64,000 nucleotides of DNA. Source: Tubiluchus corallicola (taxonomy: Eukaryota > Animalia > Priapulida). Under the pieces are notes generated by a model. It searched no databases and was not told the origin of the DNA. It was given only the letters and a program-made list of their open reading frames with translations. Made by a program: the position numbers and the translations under genes. Shown piece after piece: positions 12,701-26,700 of the stretch. The stretch covers positions 868,001-932,000 of the forward strand of contig JAQGDQ010000006.1 in the NCBI GenBank assembly GCA_030141605.1, given 5' to 3'. Position 1 is the first letter of the stretch, and every line of letters begins with the position of its first letter.

Positions 12701-15700
12701 TTAGCAAAATCTAGGTCCTCATTGGTGTTCTTGTTTTCCATGCAGAGTGTTCGAATGTGTTGTGCAATTGTTGGCTTAGCGTTGTTTTAAATGGTTTTTG
12801 TTGGTCGCAATTTTCCGCGTAACCATGTACATTTTTTGTAGGATTGCTGATGCTTTTATTCATACCTATAATAAATTAATTGGTGGAAAAAATATATAGC
12901 AACATTAAACTGTGTTTATCAGTATTAAGTAGTGGTGCTTTATCCTTGTTCAGTACTTTTGTCAGCAAATCTTTTTCATGTTTGAGTTTTATTGTGCTTA
13001 AATGCTTGCAAGGCAATCTATGCCAGTCATGTATAACTTTTATTCAGGTGAAAAAACAGTAATAGTAATTCTGTTACTCATCTACAGTGATTTAGTACAG
13101 TAATAGTAACAGTAATTCACTGTTACTTTTAAAACTTTTTAGGAGCTAGAAAAACAAAAAGAGTCATTACCTGCTGAGAAGAGGAGAGTTCGTATTCAAC
13201 AGGTGAACAGGGATGAAAACAGTTCCGATAAAGAAAACATCAAACTTAAGAAAGATGATAACAAAGTTTCCGCAGAGAATCGCAAATCCAAGGAAAGTGA
13301 AAAATTAAATTGGAAAAAAGATGACAATAAAGTGGCAAAAGAACGGAAATTTGTTTCGAAGGAGAAAGAAAGTAGAAATAAATTAAATGCCAGTAAGGTA
13401 AGTAGCAAGTGGCATTCTAGAGATAATTGTCTTTAAGCTCCGCACCGATACTGTATTTAATATCATAACCAACAAGTGAAAGAAAAAAGCTGTTTCAGTG
13501 GCATTTATATGGTACAAAGTATATATAATGTATAGAGACTAATTTTTCTTTTATTCATTCTAAAATGATTGTTTTTTATATACTAACCTATTGGGATGTA
13601 CGTGCTGCAGTCTGGAAATTACTAAAGGCTGCAGTTAAAAACATTTTTAATGTCAATTATATGTCATCTTTCTTATTTAAAATGAATCTTTCTTATTTTA
13701 AAAAGTTTTCTTATGTGATTATTGATGTCAAAGAATATAGTATAGAGCTTGACTTGTATCTTACTTTTAAAGATATATTTAGTTACTGTTATTTTTTTCA
13801 AGACTAGTGCTTATGAGTTTCTTCTGTCTTGGAACAGTCTGAGAAGAGCTGAAGGACTTGAGCCGTATGCTAACTTGCTTTCTCAAGTTAATCCTTATGA
13901 TTTACCTAAAGGTTCGATGTTTGATTTCTTTAATAAACATTGAAGACACAATGGCAGATTTTTGGCAGAGCTGTGCGTCCAGAGGCAAAGAATGTTAAGT
14001 GTGCCACTGAATCCTACTCTTTTAATAAAATGACAAAGTGGAAAATTCTTAAAGACTGCAATATTATTACTGCTCGAACTTCCACTGAGGGTTTCATTAG
14101 ACTGGCTTAAGTTACACCGACATAGGTTAATTTTCACAGCTCCTCTATGGGCAAAATAGGGGTCTAGGAGACAAATGACTCCTAGTGTGGCTGAAAGCTT
14201 AACTTATGGCGTATCAAACGAATAGTAATCAGACGAACTGAGTGGTATAAGTTGGCAGGAGTTTGGTTTACTTCTGACTCATGAGTCACACGTTGAAAAG
14301 TCCCAAATTGCGATTTCATTGTGAAGTGCAGTTAAAATAAAAGCTGGTGTCATTTCAAGACCTTATTCAGTTTCTGGCCATGTCACAAACATTGACTTTG
14401 TACTTTCAGGATTATTGGTAAGTCTGTGCCAATTGGTCTGTACTGTGTCATGATGTTTTCTTTTTTTTTACAGTGATTAGCAACAAATTGGATGGAGATA
14501 TGTTAAACACCATGGTCGCCTGTATAGATGAATATTTCATCGAAAATGGTATGTATTTTAGATATAAACTAAATGACCGATAGTAAAATGTCATCCAAGG
14601 CTTTTTTAACTAAAAAAATACGCCATATATTTCAGCTTTTTTCGTAAAATCAAGAACCATTTGATGATTTTTCCAGTGGAGAGACTCTATTCTGTTCTGT
14701 ATGCCAAAATAGAAGACTAATATGCCAAGACTCGATATTCAAAAAAAACTAGGACAGAATAATAACGAGGCTCTTACTTTAATAAGTACTCTGTGGATTG
14801 TATAGATGAACAAGTACAAAAATGATTTAGAATTTTTTTATGCATTTATTATAGATAAACTAGACCTGGCATACCAATATTTGTCATATCTCTGTCAAGT
14901 CCAGAGATTTGGAATGGTGTCCATGTTTTTTTCCGATGAACAGCGAAGTCGTAAGTATTTATTTAGTAAACTTTAATACACTTTTGTGATTCATTTACGT
15001 GGTTATAATGCTGCTGAAGACATGTTGGTTTAGGATTTTTTCAAGGTCATGCGTGTATTTAGGAGTTCAGTTTGTATGTAGAAGTAGAGATTCCGGTCAA
15101 ACAGAATATATAAAAGCGATGCACAGGCATTTTGGCGTTTGAAACATTTTCATATGTTCTCTAGAAATCCGTTCGAAAAAGCTTCTAAAAACAAAAATAG
15201 CATGTTGCAGAAGACATCACACAGTCTTTAGAGTACAGAAAATGCAACATGTGTGATATTCCACTTACGAGGCTTGAAACATTTACCAAATGCTTTGAAC
15301 TCAAAGGGTTGCATTTTTTAATTTGTGGCTGATTGGAGTGAAAAACATTGTCTTTATCAGATGATTTTCATGTTCCAACGAGTACAGTAAGTCTTCGCTT
15401 AATGCACATGCTTTCAGTATTAAGTGAATCCTAGTGAAATGAAGCCATATGTTTATAAGAAGTAAACTAAATGTGCCAAGGTGCATTCTGATGCACTGAG
15501 AATTCAGAAAAGCTTGAATCTTATAAAGCAAACAATTTGTGAAATGCATTGATTGGCTCACATCTGCCTTTGAAAAACTAAGAAAATAGCATTTTAGTTC
15601 CAGCAATATTGATTTTTTGTTTCAGAACTACGAGGAATCTTTGCCAAATTAAAGCATCGAAGCAAAGGAAGTTTTACCACCAAAGATATCGACATTCTTT

Positions 15701-15720
15701 CCAAAAAATTTGCAGTTTAA
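779..15720 (+). CDS. SPAG1: Sperm-associated antigen 1 (three TPR clusters plus C-terminal RPAP3_C domain; R2SP/dynein-assembly co-chaperone), 5'-partial, 16 exons
   Basis: GT-AG exons with compatible phases: 779-912, 1497-1655, 2355-2432, 2680-2786, 7938-9027, 9864-10038, 10495-10575, 10720-10871, 11136-11242, 11404-11511, 12358-12561, 13143-13397, 13803-13911, 14474-14548, 14855-14950, 15626-15720 (TAA). About 1007 aa visible. Motifs: EKDKGNESFNAGDYDEALHYYTRSI, FNNRALV, EPNNIKALLRRG, LYSNRAACRLKIGDCKGCIDDC, EGPCWREALPRIP, YTNRALCYLKL, TSAYEFLLSW, VISNKLDGDML, VQRFGMVSMFFS. Three TPR clusters and the GPxWRE motif favour SPAG1 over RPAP3 or TOMM34. Confidence 0.9.
3197..3470 (+). mobile_element. 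Possible decayed non-autonomous Helitron-like element
   Basis: TCTAT-like 5' start, CTGTCTGTC microsatellite near the 5' end, and a GC-rich hairpin-like 3' end (ACCCGTAG...GTGGGTAAGGTGTGCGTGGGTCTGCAGCTGTT) resembling Helitron ...CAGCTAGT ends. Degenerate. Confidence 0.3.
4400..4592 (-). mobile_element. Possible decayed 5S-rRNA-derived SINE (SINE3-like)
   Basis: GC-richer island. The minus strand GATTACAGAAGTCAAGTATGGCCGAGGCAAGTCAGCGTGTGACTGGG loosely matches the 5S internal control region. Confidence 0.22.
8795..8890 (+). repeat. Coding 33-bp tandem repeat x3 (MTTLPEEKKSV) in the large SPAG1 exon
   Basis: Units 8795-8827, 8828-8860, 8861-8890 translate to TTLPAEKKSVM TTLPEEKKSIM TTLPEEKKSVV. 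Confidence 0.95.
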
Positions 15721-17730
15721 AATTACCTTGGTTAGCCATGATGCCAACTTCTGCTTTTTCTATGTCAACAAGTTGCTGAAAAGTGATAGGAACTTTGTTA
15801 ATTTCTGTTGTTCAAGACTATGCTGAATACTTTGGCTGTTAGGCTTGTAAGTGTTTCAAGAACTTTCAACAAGTAAGAAGTATGTCTTAGAAAGCAATAT
15901 ACAAATGTGATTAAAATGTAAGAGCTTGGAATAAATTTTACAGCCAAGTAATTTATTTTGAGTTGCAGGAGCTTCAATATATTTTAGTTAACTTCGTAAA
16001 ACTTATCAGTTTATTCACCAAAGTTTGTGGTGTGGTTTGAGAAGTGGTACTGATGATTTGTTGGGAAGTTCTAACAACACAATTAGTTAACTTAGAAAAT
16101 TTTACCAATGATGTTAACACAATTAGATAGCCATTACATTTATTGCTATTATATCCATTCTAACAGTTATCTTAAAAGCTAAAATTGTGCTGTTTAGAAC
16201 TCTGTGTAACAGTGTAATAACAATGCCTCTTTTGCACTTTATTGGACAAAGTGCTACAAATAAAAAACAAAATGGGCACCCATTTCTGAGAACGTGACAA
16301 ACTGTTGTGGAAGTTTTCCCTCTTCATATCTGTTCTTGACTGAATGTCAGGAAAAGGTAATTTGTTCATAGTTTGTTCATGTAATCTAAGTTGGTTAACT
16401 TAAATCATTTGAAATGTAGTAATGTTAAATAGCTGCATTTAGTTTCTGCACGTTTGTCATTGCTTAACAGTTTTGTACATTATAAAATGTACAGGGAAAT
16501 GACCACAAAGCACTTCGGTTTATTACTGTGAATGCTAGTTCACATGTATAGTACATAGGATATAGAGTAGACAACTGGAAACTTCTTGGGATCTTCTTAT
16601 GAGCACAGTCACCTCATTTTCTTGTTCTTGTTCTCAGCTGTGTTTAAAACTGATTACATTACATTACATTCTTTTGTAAATGTTGGCGTTTTGTTAACCA
16701 ATAAAAATTTAGTAAAAGTGTTGTCTACTGAACTGTCACCTTGCCCACTGTGTGTAATCACATAAAGAAATTTGCATTGTCAAGTTAAACAATTATTCAG
16801 AAAAGCTTGAAAGAATTTCAAATATTTGATGAATGAAGCTTGAATTTGAAATGGCTTAACTTTTATTTCTGCTTTTTTTATCATGCTCCTTTTACTTTCT
16901 CGTTATGCGAAATTGATACTTCCTTGGCAAATAATGTTTTTGTTTCCTAAGAAAGTATAAAATTAATTACATTCTCAAAATGGAAACCTGCTGTATACCG
17001 AGTTTTGCTGCACGTAATTTGTAAGCATTATATTGTTTATAAATAATTGAAATTTTGTACAACATATCGACAAAATTTTGTTATCGTTTTGTTAAAATTT
17101 TGTTTATTCTGATCACTTTGGGCAATTATACCTAAAACAAAGTTTATTTCTATTTTGTACATGTTAATTTATTCACAGAAAACTGTCTAAAGATCACAGA
17201 TTTTTCATAGGTAATTCAAAGTGGGGTACCCACCTTTCAATCTATGCATCACAAAAGCAAAATCATACAAGGTTATCACACTAGGCATATGACTAAGACA
17301 TTCTACTCAATAAATGACATATGTGAAGAATTTTTTGTGACACGAGATTTTAGTTTGATCATAACCGTCTGTAAGCAAGAAAAGAATTTTCTGTTTTTGT
17401 TTAGGACAAAGCTAGATTTTACAATAGTAAAATTCATTTAATGATAAGTTTCCATGAGACAAGGCTATACTGAGTATTGCTGACATCAGTCCCTGCACTA
17501 CCTATTATTTCAGGAAGTCATAAGATCGTTTAGACATCAAATCACAGTTTCGCGGCATATCGTCTAGACATCAAATCAAGCTTTGCTTTAAATACAAACA
17601 TTTTTCTGTAATTTACTGGCTACTGAGACATCTCAGGAAGTAGTAATGCTAGAGTGGTACAATTTACAATGTTATCGATTTTATAATTAAACCGGTAGTT
17701 TGATTGGAGTCCATTGCACCCTTTCCAAAA

Positions 17731-20700
17731 CTACATCATGTCCAACTATAAAAAATAAAATATTATTACACTACATGGTAAAAAAAACTTGTCACTTTCT
17801 AACTAGTATGCAAATAATAGAAATGGAACAGGCAAATATTGTCTAAAAATTTAAACTGAATAGCTGCCTGTAAAATTTTTCAACTAGTGTAAATCCCATT
17901 AGACTGATCCTGATATGTTGCTATTTTCAAAATTTTTATAAATTTATTCACTTGAATTATTGATTACTATTGATTCTTACTTGACTGCCATTTTGTTTCC
18001 TAAAAATGTACTTATTGCTTGAAAATAGGATTCTGCAGTTGGGATAATTATCATAAACCAGTTTGTAAAAAGCACCAATCGAAAAACAAACTCTCGATGA
18101 ACAGCTTGTCGCCATTGTTGCACGAGTAATCTTGTAGGTGATAATTTGTACTGTCACTAGTTCAGTCCCGTGCACATGGATATTAAGGGTTGTGGTAAAA
18201 CACATCTGTAAGTGGAATCCATTCTACTGAGCTTTTCACCTCTGTTAGTGCAGTATATTCCAAATGCTCAGGAAGTGTATCCATAGAATGCATTGTTTAA
18301 CTATACATATGGCTCTCTGGAATCATCATGTAGGGAATAATTGTAGGCGAAACTCAAGAGGGTGCACAGTACTTACCAAATCATCTACTTCTTCATGTGC
18401 TTCATCGACTAGTTGCGGTTCTTCTACTTTCTCCTGCTTTTCAAGAAATGATTTTGAATCTTCTATGCTAACATTGCTTTTCTCTGTTTCTAGTTTGCTG
18501 ATCAAACTGAGTTGTTCTGCCGAAAAGCAATAAAATTGGCTGAAGAGGTAATCAAACACTATACATCTACTACACATACAGATGATATTGTAGATAAGAT
18601 GAAACGACTAACTCCACCCTTGAAATTCTATACACAGATGTTCTTACCTTTTAATACTTCCTGCCAAAAATCATTTCTGTCACGCTGTATGTCATTCTTT
18701 ACATTTACTAAGAAATCATTGAACACTTGTGGCTGTGAATGCTGGAAGAAGAAAAGTTTAGATTTGAACGTCACATTTATTGCTTTACATCTTTTGCAGT
18801 AATTACTTGGAAAGCTTAGCACACTGGGGAACAATTCAGAACACTGAATCCTATAGTTTCATACTTGTATTTTCAGAAAGCGTATAACAAGATCAAAAAC
18901 GAATACATGTACAATGTCAGTGTATCTTTACTCACCAGACATGCAGAAAGAGAAGTTGGAAGTCCACTACAAATTGTAACCTTTTATTTATAAAATTTGC
19001 CACCTTCCAAGACTGAATCCACCATTCAGTGCCAGCAGCAAGGTTGATTTTAGAAACTTACTAAGAAGGATAATTCTATAAGCTGAGGTAATGAATAAGC
19101 AGAGATGTCTTCGCTTACATGTCCATAATGAGTAAAACAGCTGGGGATAGCAATTGCCTAAAAGCATTTACCTATCACCCATTCACTTACTGACCAGGCA
19201 GCATTGCTCAACTATGGTTGCTAAGCAAAAGCATCATGACTCTTTGGCTATTCTTCACCCTAAGCTGTCCTAAACCAACTTATCATAAACTAAACGATAA
19301 GAAAGCATAGTTGGGACTAGAACATACTGATCAAAGAGATTTTGCTAATAAGCAAAATATAACATAATGATAATAATGATGATGATGATGACAACGAAGA
19401 AGATGATGATGATGATGACAATATTCTTTACGAATCTACAGAAATCGCTATAAAGTTGTTTTCTGTTATTCCAGTTTTGGTAAATCTTGAGTAAAACCAC
19501 ATTCTACATATTTTATCTCACCACTCAAGCTATTTCTAAATTAAAAATTTGGAGAACTATCATGACAATTATTGTTTTTATTGCTGATCTGTAGTTATTT
19601 ATACAAATGGAATCGAGTATCATTTTCGGAAGCATAGTACTGATTCATTGTTAAATTGTTGGTCTTAGTTGTTTAGGTTTTATTATTACACTCGATTTTC
19701 GGCATTTGCAAAGTTTCGGATGTACTGTATAATTCGTTTATAACAAGTTTCAAGGGACCATGAAAATTTCCTCGCTATAACTGAGTCTCGTTATAGCCGA
19801 GGTCAATTGTTTGAGTGTATGTACAAACTAGAAATGGAGCCTGTAAGGTGAATATGATGTAATGATGCAAGGAACCCTTGTTTTGAGACTGGTACAACTT
19901 TCTTAATGAGTGCCACCACTCTGCAACTTTTTATCACAAAAGAATAAGCTTATAGTGTACAGACACTGTTATTTCTAGGATTACATCAATAAATAAATCC
20001 CTGCATAAAACCACCGCATGAATTGCTTTTCAAAGTTACTACTGCTGTCATTCATTGTGTCGTATGCTGAGTGCTGATAGCTAAGTGTGTTTTGCATGGG
20101 TGTTATAAGTACAATCATTTAACTGCATAGCAAGACCTTGGATGCCTGCGTGAAAGGAAACCATAGCTGGTTTTTAAGCTGGATACGTATTTAAATTATA
20201 GCTGTGCAGGTGCGATATCGTTTATGATTATAAGCATTTCAACCTGTACCTGTGTCAGTTACTAATTAAGTTTAGAGTCTGATTTGATTAGCCTATGTGT
20301 AGTATTTAATGTAAAAACACTATTTATTTAAAACAGTATTCTTATAAAAACTAAACTTTGAAAAGTTACAGAAACATTTATTTTGCAACTTGAAACATTT
20401 TATTTTTTTAAAAAGCTCTTATTTTTGCTTGCTTCACATCAGACTGTAGCATAGTTTTATTTAAGGAGCAGTCAAGTTTCAATAGCATGAAAAAATGTCA
20501 TTATCAGTTGCCAGTGATGATTCAAGAAATAGCTGTAGTTTAGTAATAGCTTCTACTGTGTCACAAACTAACTTGTTGGCAAACTGCTTTTTCTGCATCT
20601 GAATCATCTTCATCACTAGAATCAGCCAGAGACTTTCATGAAAGTTTCTTTCACAATCATTTCATCAGTAACTAGACAAGCAGTCTCCAGATCGCCATCT

Positions 20701-23700
20701 ACTGCACATATCTTGGGCGTCTCCAATACCAGTACTGTTTTCAAGGTTGTAATAATCATCCAGCATTCAAGTATGTTTGTGAATTCATGACCCAAGGTCA
20801 ATTCAGCTTCAACCTGAACGTCTTGCACACTATTAAGCTCTAGGTCAAATGATAAATTGGTGAAAACAGCATTTTTCTCAACAGATGCCAGTATATTTTA
20901 CTTAGGATGCGCTTACGATGATGTACTTCAAAGTATTGAATGATTTCCATATCCCATGGTTGTAACTTGTTTCCACAGTTAGGTGAAAGAAACACTAGTT
21001 CAATTGCAATCAGTTTTGCTGTCAAATCTGCGCCATGAACACACACAATCACCGCTAACAGCATTTTTCTCTTCTCTTGCGTGAACTTCTTATGCAAGCA
21101 TAGAAACCACTCTTGGAAAATTTCTCCAGTCATCCATGCTTTCTTATTTGTACGATAGATCACAGGCAGTTTTTGCACATTCTTAAAATACCGCAGTTCT
21201 GCCAATTTTCCAATTACTAACAGAGTAACTTTTTTGTATCAGTCATATTTGCTGCAATCACTGTCAATCGTTTTTTGCTTCTTTTTACGCAAGTGACATG
21301 TATCACTCTTGTACGTGTGTGTTCTCTCTGGCTGTAACTTGAAAAAGAGATCAGTTTCGTCTGCATTAAAAATATCTTTTTCTTCATATCTTGACAGTAA
21401 CTTTGGCAATTTATTTTGTTACCTATCACTAACCGACTCCTCCGGTAAAGCAACGACTTCTCAACAAATATGACGAAAAGTGACACCCTTGCATTTTTTA
21501 AAATAATCAAGCCACCCATTTGAACAATTGAAAGTCAGTCCATTGCTACTGGTAAGTTTGTTTACTTTCTCTTTAAGAAGCGGCCCACTTACACGACCTC
21601 CTTTATTTTGTACATCTTTTAGACAAATGAAAAGTGCATCTTCCACATCTTCAAAAGTAGATTTCAGCATGTTCATTTACTGTATTCACCAAATCCTTTT
21701 TCCGACAAAATTCTTTTCCTTATTTTTTATTATAGTAAATATATTCCTTACAAATTTTTATATTTTTTTATGCCACATTCGACTTTATGCAATATCTCTC
21801 TTTTCACTTCTATTGATACTGCATTTCGTGCCTGCTTCATGACGACTGTGAAATTACAATTACAGCAGTGCATGTAGACCCACCAACACGTCTACACAGT
21901 GTACACAATGCACATTGTTTTTTGCACGATCAATAAATTAATCCCCACAATGACTCTTTCGACCTTGTTGAATGGTGCCCACTTCTCAGTGATTTAGAAC
22001 TTCCGCTCACTATATGCAGGGGAAACACAATCACGGGGCAGAAAAATATAAGCAAGGCTCAAATATATTATTTAAGCTTAAGATTTGATGGGACTTTGAA
22101 ATTTGCCTGTTATAACCAGAGGCTCGTTATAACCAACATCGTCATATGTGGGATTATACTGCATAATGAAACAGGACTGCATGCTGCAAACATAAATGTG
22201 CAGTGTTACAGAGCACAGAGATCAGCCGAATCACTTGTTCTGATACCTGCTTGCTCATACCTGAATACATTCAGTTCTAATGCAATGAAGACATTCTATA
22301 GCTTTCCGATACAACTGGGAGCCAAATGAGTCCATTATTAACTGAACAATCCGCTTTTGCATCATTTTGCTCACTGAAACCGTAAACAAAAATTTATATC
22401 AATATAACAATATTCAATATAATATATCAATATAGTATAACAGTATCAATGATAGAAAATTATTAAGATCAACAAATGCGTAACAAGGTTTTTCGAAATA
22501 ACTACAACATGTATAAGTGACTGACACCACCTTAAAAATCTCACACCTTGACCCCACCACTGCTAAGAATTTCACAAGGTGGCACTACAGTATTTTTCAG
22601 AATCAGTATGCAAATAGTCATGATGATACTAATATAAAACCTAATCACACTTGTCTACGAAATGGGCTTAAAAAGCATGGCACTCTTTTGGTTATGACTT
22701 ACAAGATCGTAGCTTAATCAATTAATGCATTAATTTCTCTCGACAATCAAATTAATCACTATTGTAGAGCCATCAAGTGCATACAAAATGCATAACAACA
22801 CCACCTAGCTCTAAATTCTACTGGCACTATAATTTTATTTTAATTCCATTACACAGGAATTACTTTGAAATACTCCTAAAAAATACAACACACACTTTAT
22901 TTCAGTATAAAAATTGTAATATTAATTATAGTTTTTATAACGATCTTCATGACCTGAATGCTTTAGTTGAATCTCACGTTCAATGATGAGTGTGTTTTGC
23001 GCTATTGCTGCTTTTTTATTTTTTATTGTAATCTACTCCTATGCATATTGTAATTATATGAAAAGGGTTCTTGTTTTTGTATTTGAATTAACTAATATTT
23101 CTAATTTTAGTGCTGTGGAATGACTACTAACTTGAGGACACCACAAGTCACATCTTGCTTAAACTAAAAATGTAATTCTTGATTTACGTGCTGGTTGTTT
23201 CAGCACATTGTAATGTTGTCAGATGAGCAAATAAATTAAATAAAATGTATTCACTCATTTTGCTTCTTAAATTGTTTATACTGGGTCTACATTAGAAAAA
23301 GTTATTGCCTTACTAAAAATTATATTTATAACTACTATCTCGCTCTGATATTTAATAACCACTAGCGATTAATAACCACTAACCTTCAAAAAATTCAACT
23401 GCAGATTTTCCTTTTGTCAAAACTTTGAAATCGTCAATTGGTGAGACAGTACCAACCTGAAATGGCAGGGTTATATTCAAAATCTGCAACAAATACAGCT
23501 CTATGGCTCAATAAGTTCTTTTCTGAAACAACAAGTATATTCTCTTTGTTTTCGCACTCTCAACGTAATAGAAAAATCCCTCAAAAGATGCTAAATTTGT
23601 ACAAAGACGGTGCATAATCTCATCTTCTTTTCGGAAATATCTTCTTCTATGATTTAGTATTCCTATACAAACTTTGTGACATCATATCAGTTATATTACC

Positions 23701-26700
23701 ATGCTGAGTTATTTGTAAATTATGAAATAGATTGCTTAACTGTTCAGAAACAAGACATGTTTCACCAAAGGCAAAATCAGAACTCCTGCATTTACATACA
23801 TTTTTGGTTGGCAGTAGTTTCCAACATAAAGATGATGCAATAACACCTATATATGCCGCATACAAAAATACATGCTATGCAGAATATCTGCTGAACAGGG
23901 AAATGTCTTTTTGTTAACTGCTATGCCATTTAACTGCAGTTAACTGCAGTTTTAATAATATTGTCTTGTCTAACATCTAATACATTAATTTTGCTGCTAT
24001 ATGTCTAGATGGATTTTTGTATATGTTTTATAGTTTGTGGCTACAGCTCCAATGACTGCATTATTTTAAGTGATCTATATATCAAACGAAAAGTCCCCAT
24101 ATAGTGTGGTCCCACAGATGGTTCATTTTTCAAATCAGGGCCAATATGGTCAGTTTTTCCCCATTTTCCTATTTTAAGAGAACAGGAACATGCCCATGCT
24201 GGAGGTGGTGATTATAATAATTGGATAACCAGTTCAATGATGGGTGGTGGGCCCACAACTTCCCATAAACGACATTTTCCTGGGCCCACAAACCCAATTT
24301 TTCCAAAATCTGGCCAAACATAATGTGGAAAACACATTCTCGTAATGCTTTTTGGGATCTTGGTGAAGATTTACAGCTCTATGGAAAAAGAAGGAATAGG
24401 GCTGTATGATGTGTGGGTCTCATTTATGTTCTCTTTTTCTATAGTCCAATAGAGCAGGAAAACTCCAAGTTCTTCTCTGAGATTTTCTTACTGAAAACGT
24501 GGGTGCAAAACCATTGTTAATGACATGACAAATTATATCACACATTATCATCACAGTGGTAGATGCAGTGTAAGTGGAATGGCATGGGTCACATGGGTGA
24601 TGTGGGTTGTTGTGGGTTTATGCAAAAATTCCTTTGAGGGTTTGTTTAGTTGAAAAATATTAATTTTGCTGGCATGTATCTGGGTGAACTTGTTCATTTA
24701 TATGTGGTTTCGCGGATTACACCTGTAATGACTGCACCACTTTGGCGATTTACGTATCAGACAAAAAGTTTTGCTCTAGCATCACCTCACTGATTTTTCA
24801 AATCCGGGCTACCAGAAGGAACGTTGGAACAAAAACCGCCAACATGGCAGTTTTTTGGCATGTTTTTCTCACAAAAGATACTCCAACAACAAAGTGCCAG
24901 GGCTGGATAGCCTTTTACCTATTACCCATTTACATTTCTAAAAACAGGTAATCAGTTAAACAGTACCTGGTTTCTGCTGACAAAAATGAAACACTGCTCA
25001 TCGGATACTATCTGATATTAGAAACTCACCTGGCTCTGTCATTTGGATATATATTATAGGTCACAGATGAATAAAAGAATGGCTAATTAAATGTGAAAAA
25101 TGGAAAATACCTGTTAATTACGATTGGCTGGTAACAACATGAAATTATGTTGAACTTATGTAAGTAATTCCATAACAAACTAATTAAACTTGAAGCATAT
25201 GTTACAGACACTTACCTGTGTCACAGCATTTGATGACAGAACCTTCATGCCACCTGATAAATCATCGTCGAGTTTAACTCTTTTTGCATCTGGCCCATCG
25301 CCATCTCCTTCGCTATGCAAAGAAAGAAATTTCAAAAGTAGAATACAAAATTATATCATACCTGTAATTAGAATGAAAGTGTCATTGACAAAATACAGCA
25401 CTATTTTGTATGGCTGTAGTTGGGTTTCCTGTTTTTCTTACTGCCCAGTTTCCAAGAAACACTTCTCAACACATTTCTAAGCACTCTGAATAAATTAATA
25501 TAAAACTCAAGTTTGACACAAATTTGATACATGTGCTTGAAATAAAGGTTTTAAAAAGTCAAATTTGCATTAAAACATAAACTTGTAAGTAAAGAGTGCA
25601 TTTTACATCACAAATGTTTTATATCAACAAAAACACAACACATGATAAAATAAATAACACAAAAAATGAAGCAGTCAAAAAAGCTTCAAAAAGTAAATTA
25701 TGTATTTCAAAGTCCCAAACAAAACTCTTTCAGTTTTATTGTAATTAAAGCAAAAGTATTTAATTACACATTCTGGAAAACACTTGCTCCTGTTTCCTTA
25801 TCTTTTTTACGAATCACTTCCTCGAATTTGAAAAGTTTTTGCATTCTCACTACGGTGGATTCACATCTAGCTTCAACCTCTTCGCATGGTTTTAGATAAT
25901 CAGCTATGATAGCAGGTAATTCTGGCAATGGATCAGTAGGATTCAAAGCGCGATGTTGTAAACACTGAAAGATAAAAGTTTATGATCGTAACAATAAGGA
26001 AACTGTAGCACAAAAAAGTGATAAGGACTTTGACGTAATTAATTTTAATTTTCCCAATGAGCTGGCTTCATGAGCAGCCTACATGGGCAACTTTGTACTA
26101 TTGCACTATGTATCAGAAAATCTCAACTTACTAAAAAATTTTAAAAAAGGTTTAAAAATATTAATGTCAGTGTTGAAAATTTAGAATTAAGAGTTTTATT
26201 TTCTATACAATGAAGGCATTAAATACCTGATACAGCCTTTGCATATATGGATTAAAAGTCATTTTTGGCTTCAGTGCCTCACTCCTTTCTCCATCCTCAT
26301 CCCTATTATTATTGAAATGTTTAATTAGTGGATATAATGTGAGAGTTTCTGCAAATACTTAAAGCAAAACAAGAAAAGTTATTTAAAACGGACTTGAGTT
26401 AATAGAATGCTTGTATAATAACAATAACTACTAAAAAGAGAGATACAAGAAATGCATTTACTACCGAGAAACACTGAACAGACATACTCATGTGCATCAG
26501 TGAGATCCATTGTAGTTATAAGTTGATCCATGACTTCTAGTTGCTCACCTATAATAAATGCCACTTTTTTCTTAAGTTTCAAAGAGACAATTAAATATTA
26601 TTGGAAGTATTCTTAGTTAAAAAACCAGAAATTTGCAGGCAAAATGCACATAATACAGTTGGGCCTAATCAATGGAAATTTTGTTACTTTATTAGCTGTT

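Noticed and set aside
19364-19420. Poly-Asp coding exon
   Set aside because: No suitable splice sites or ORF context; it is a simple microsatellite in a Ku80 intron.
20450-21850. Domesticated TIGD/CENP-B-like gene
   Set aside because: Multiple frameshifts, degenerate catalytic motifs and retained TIRs indicate a dead transposon.
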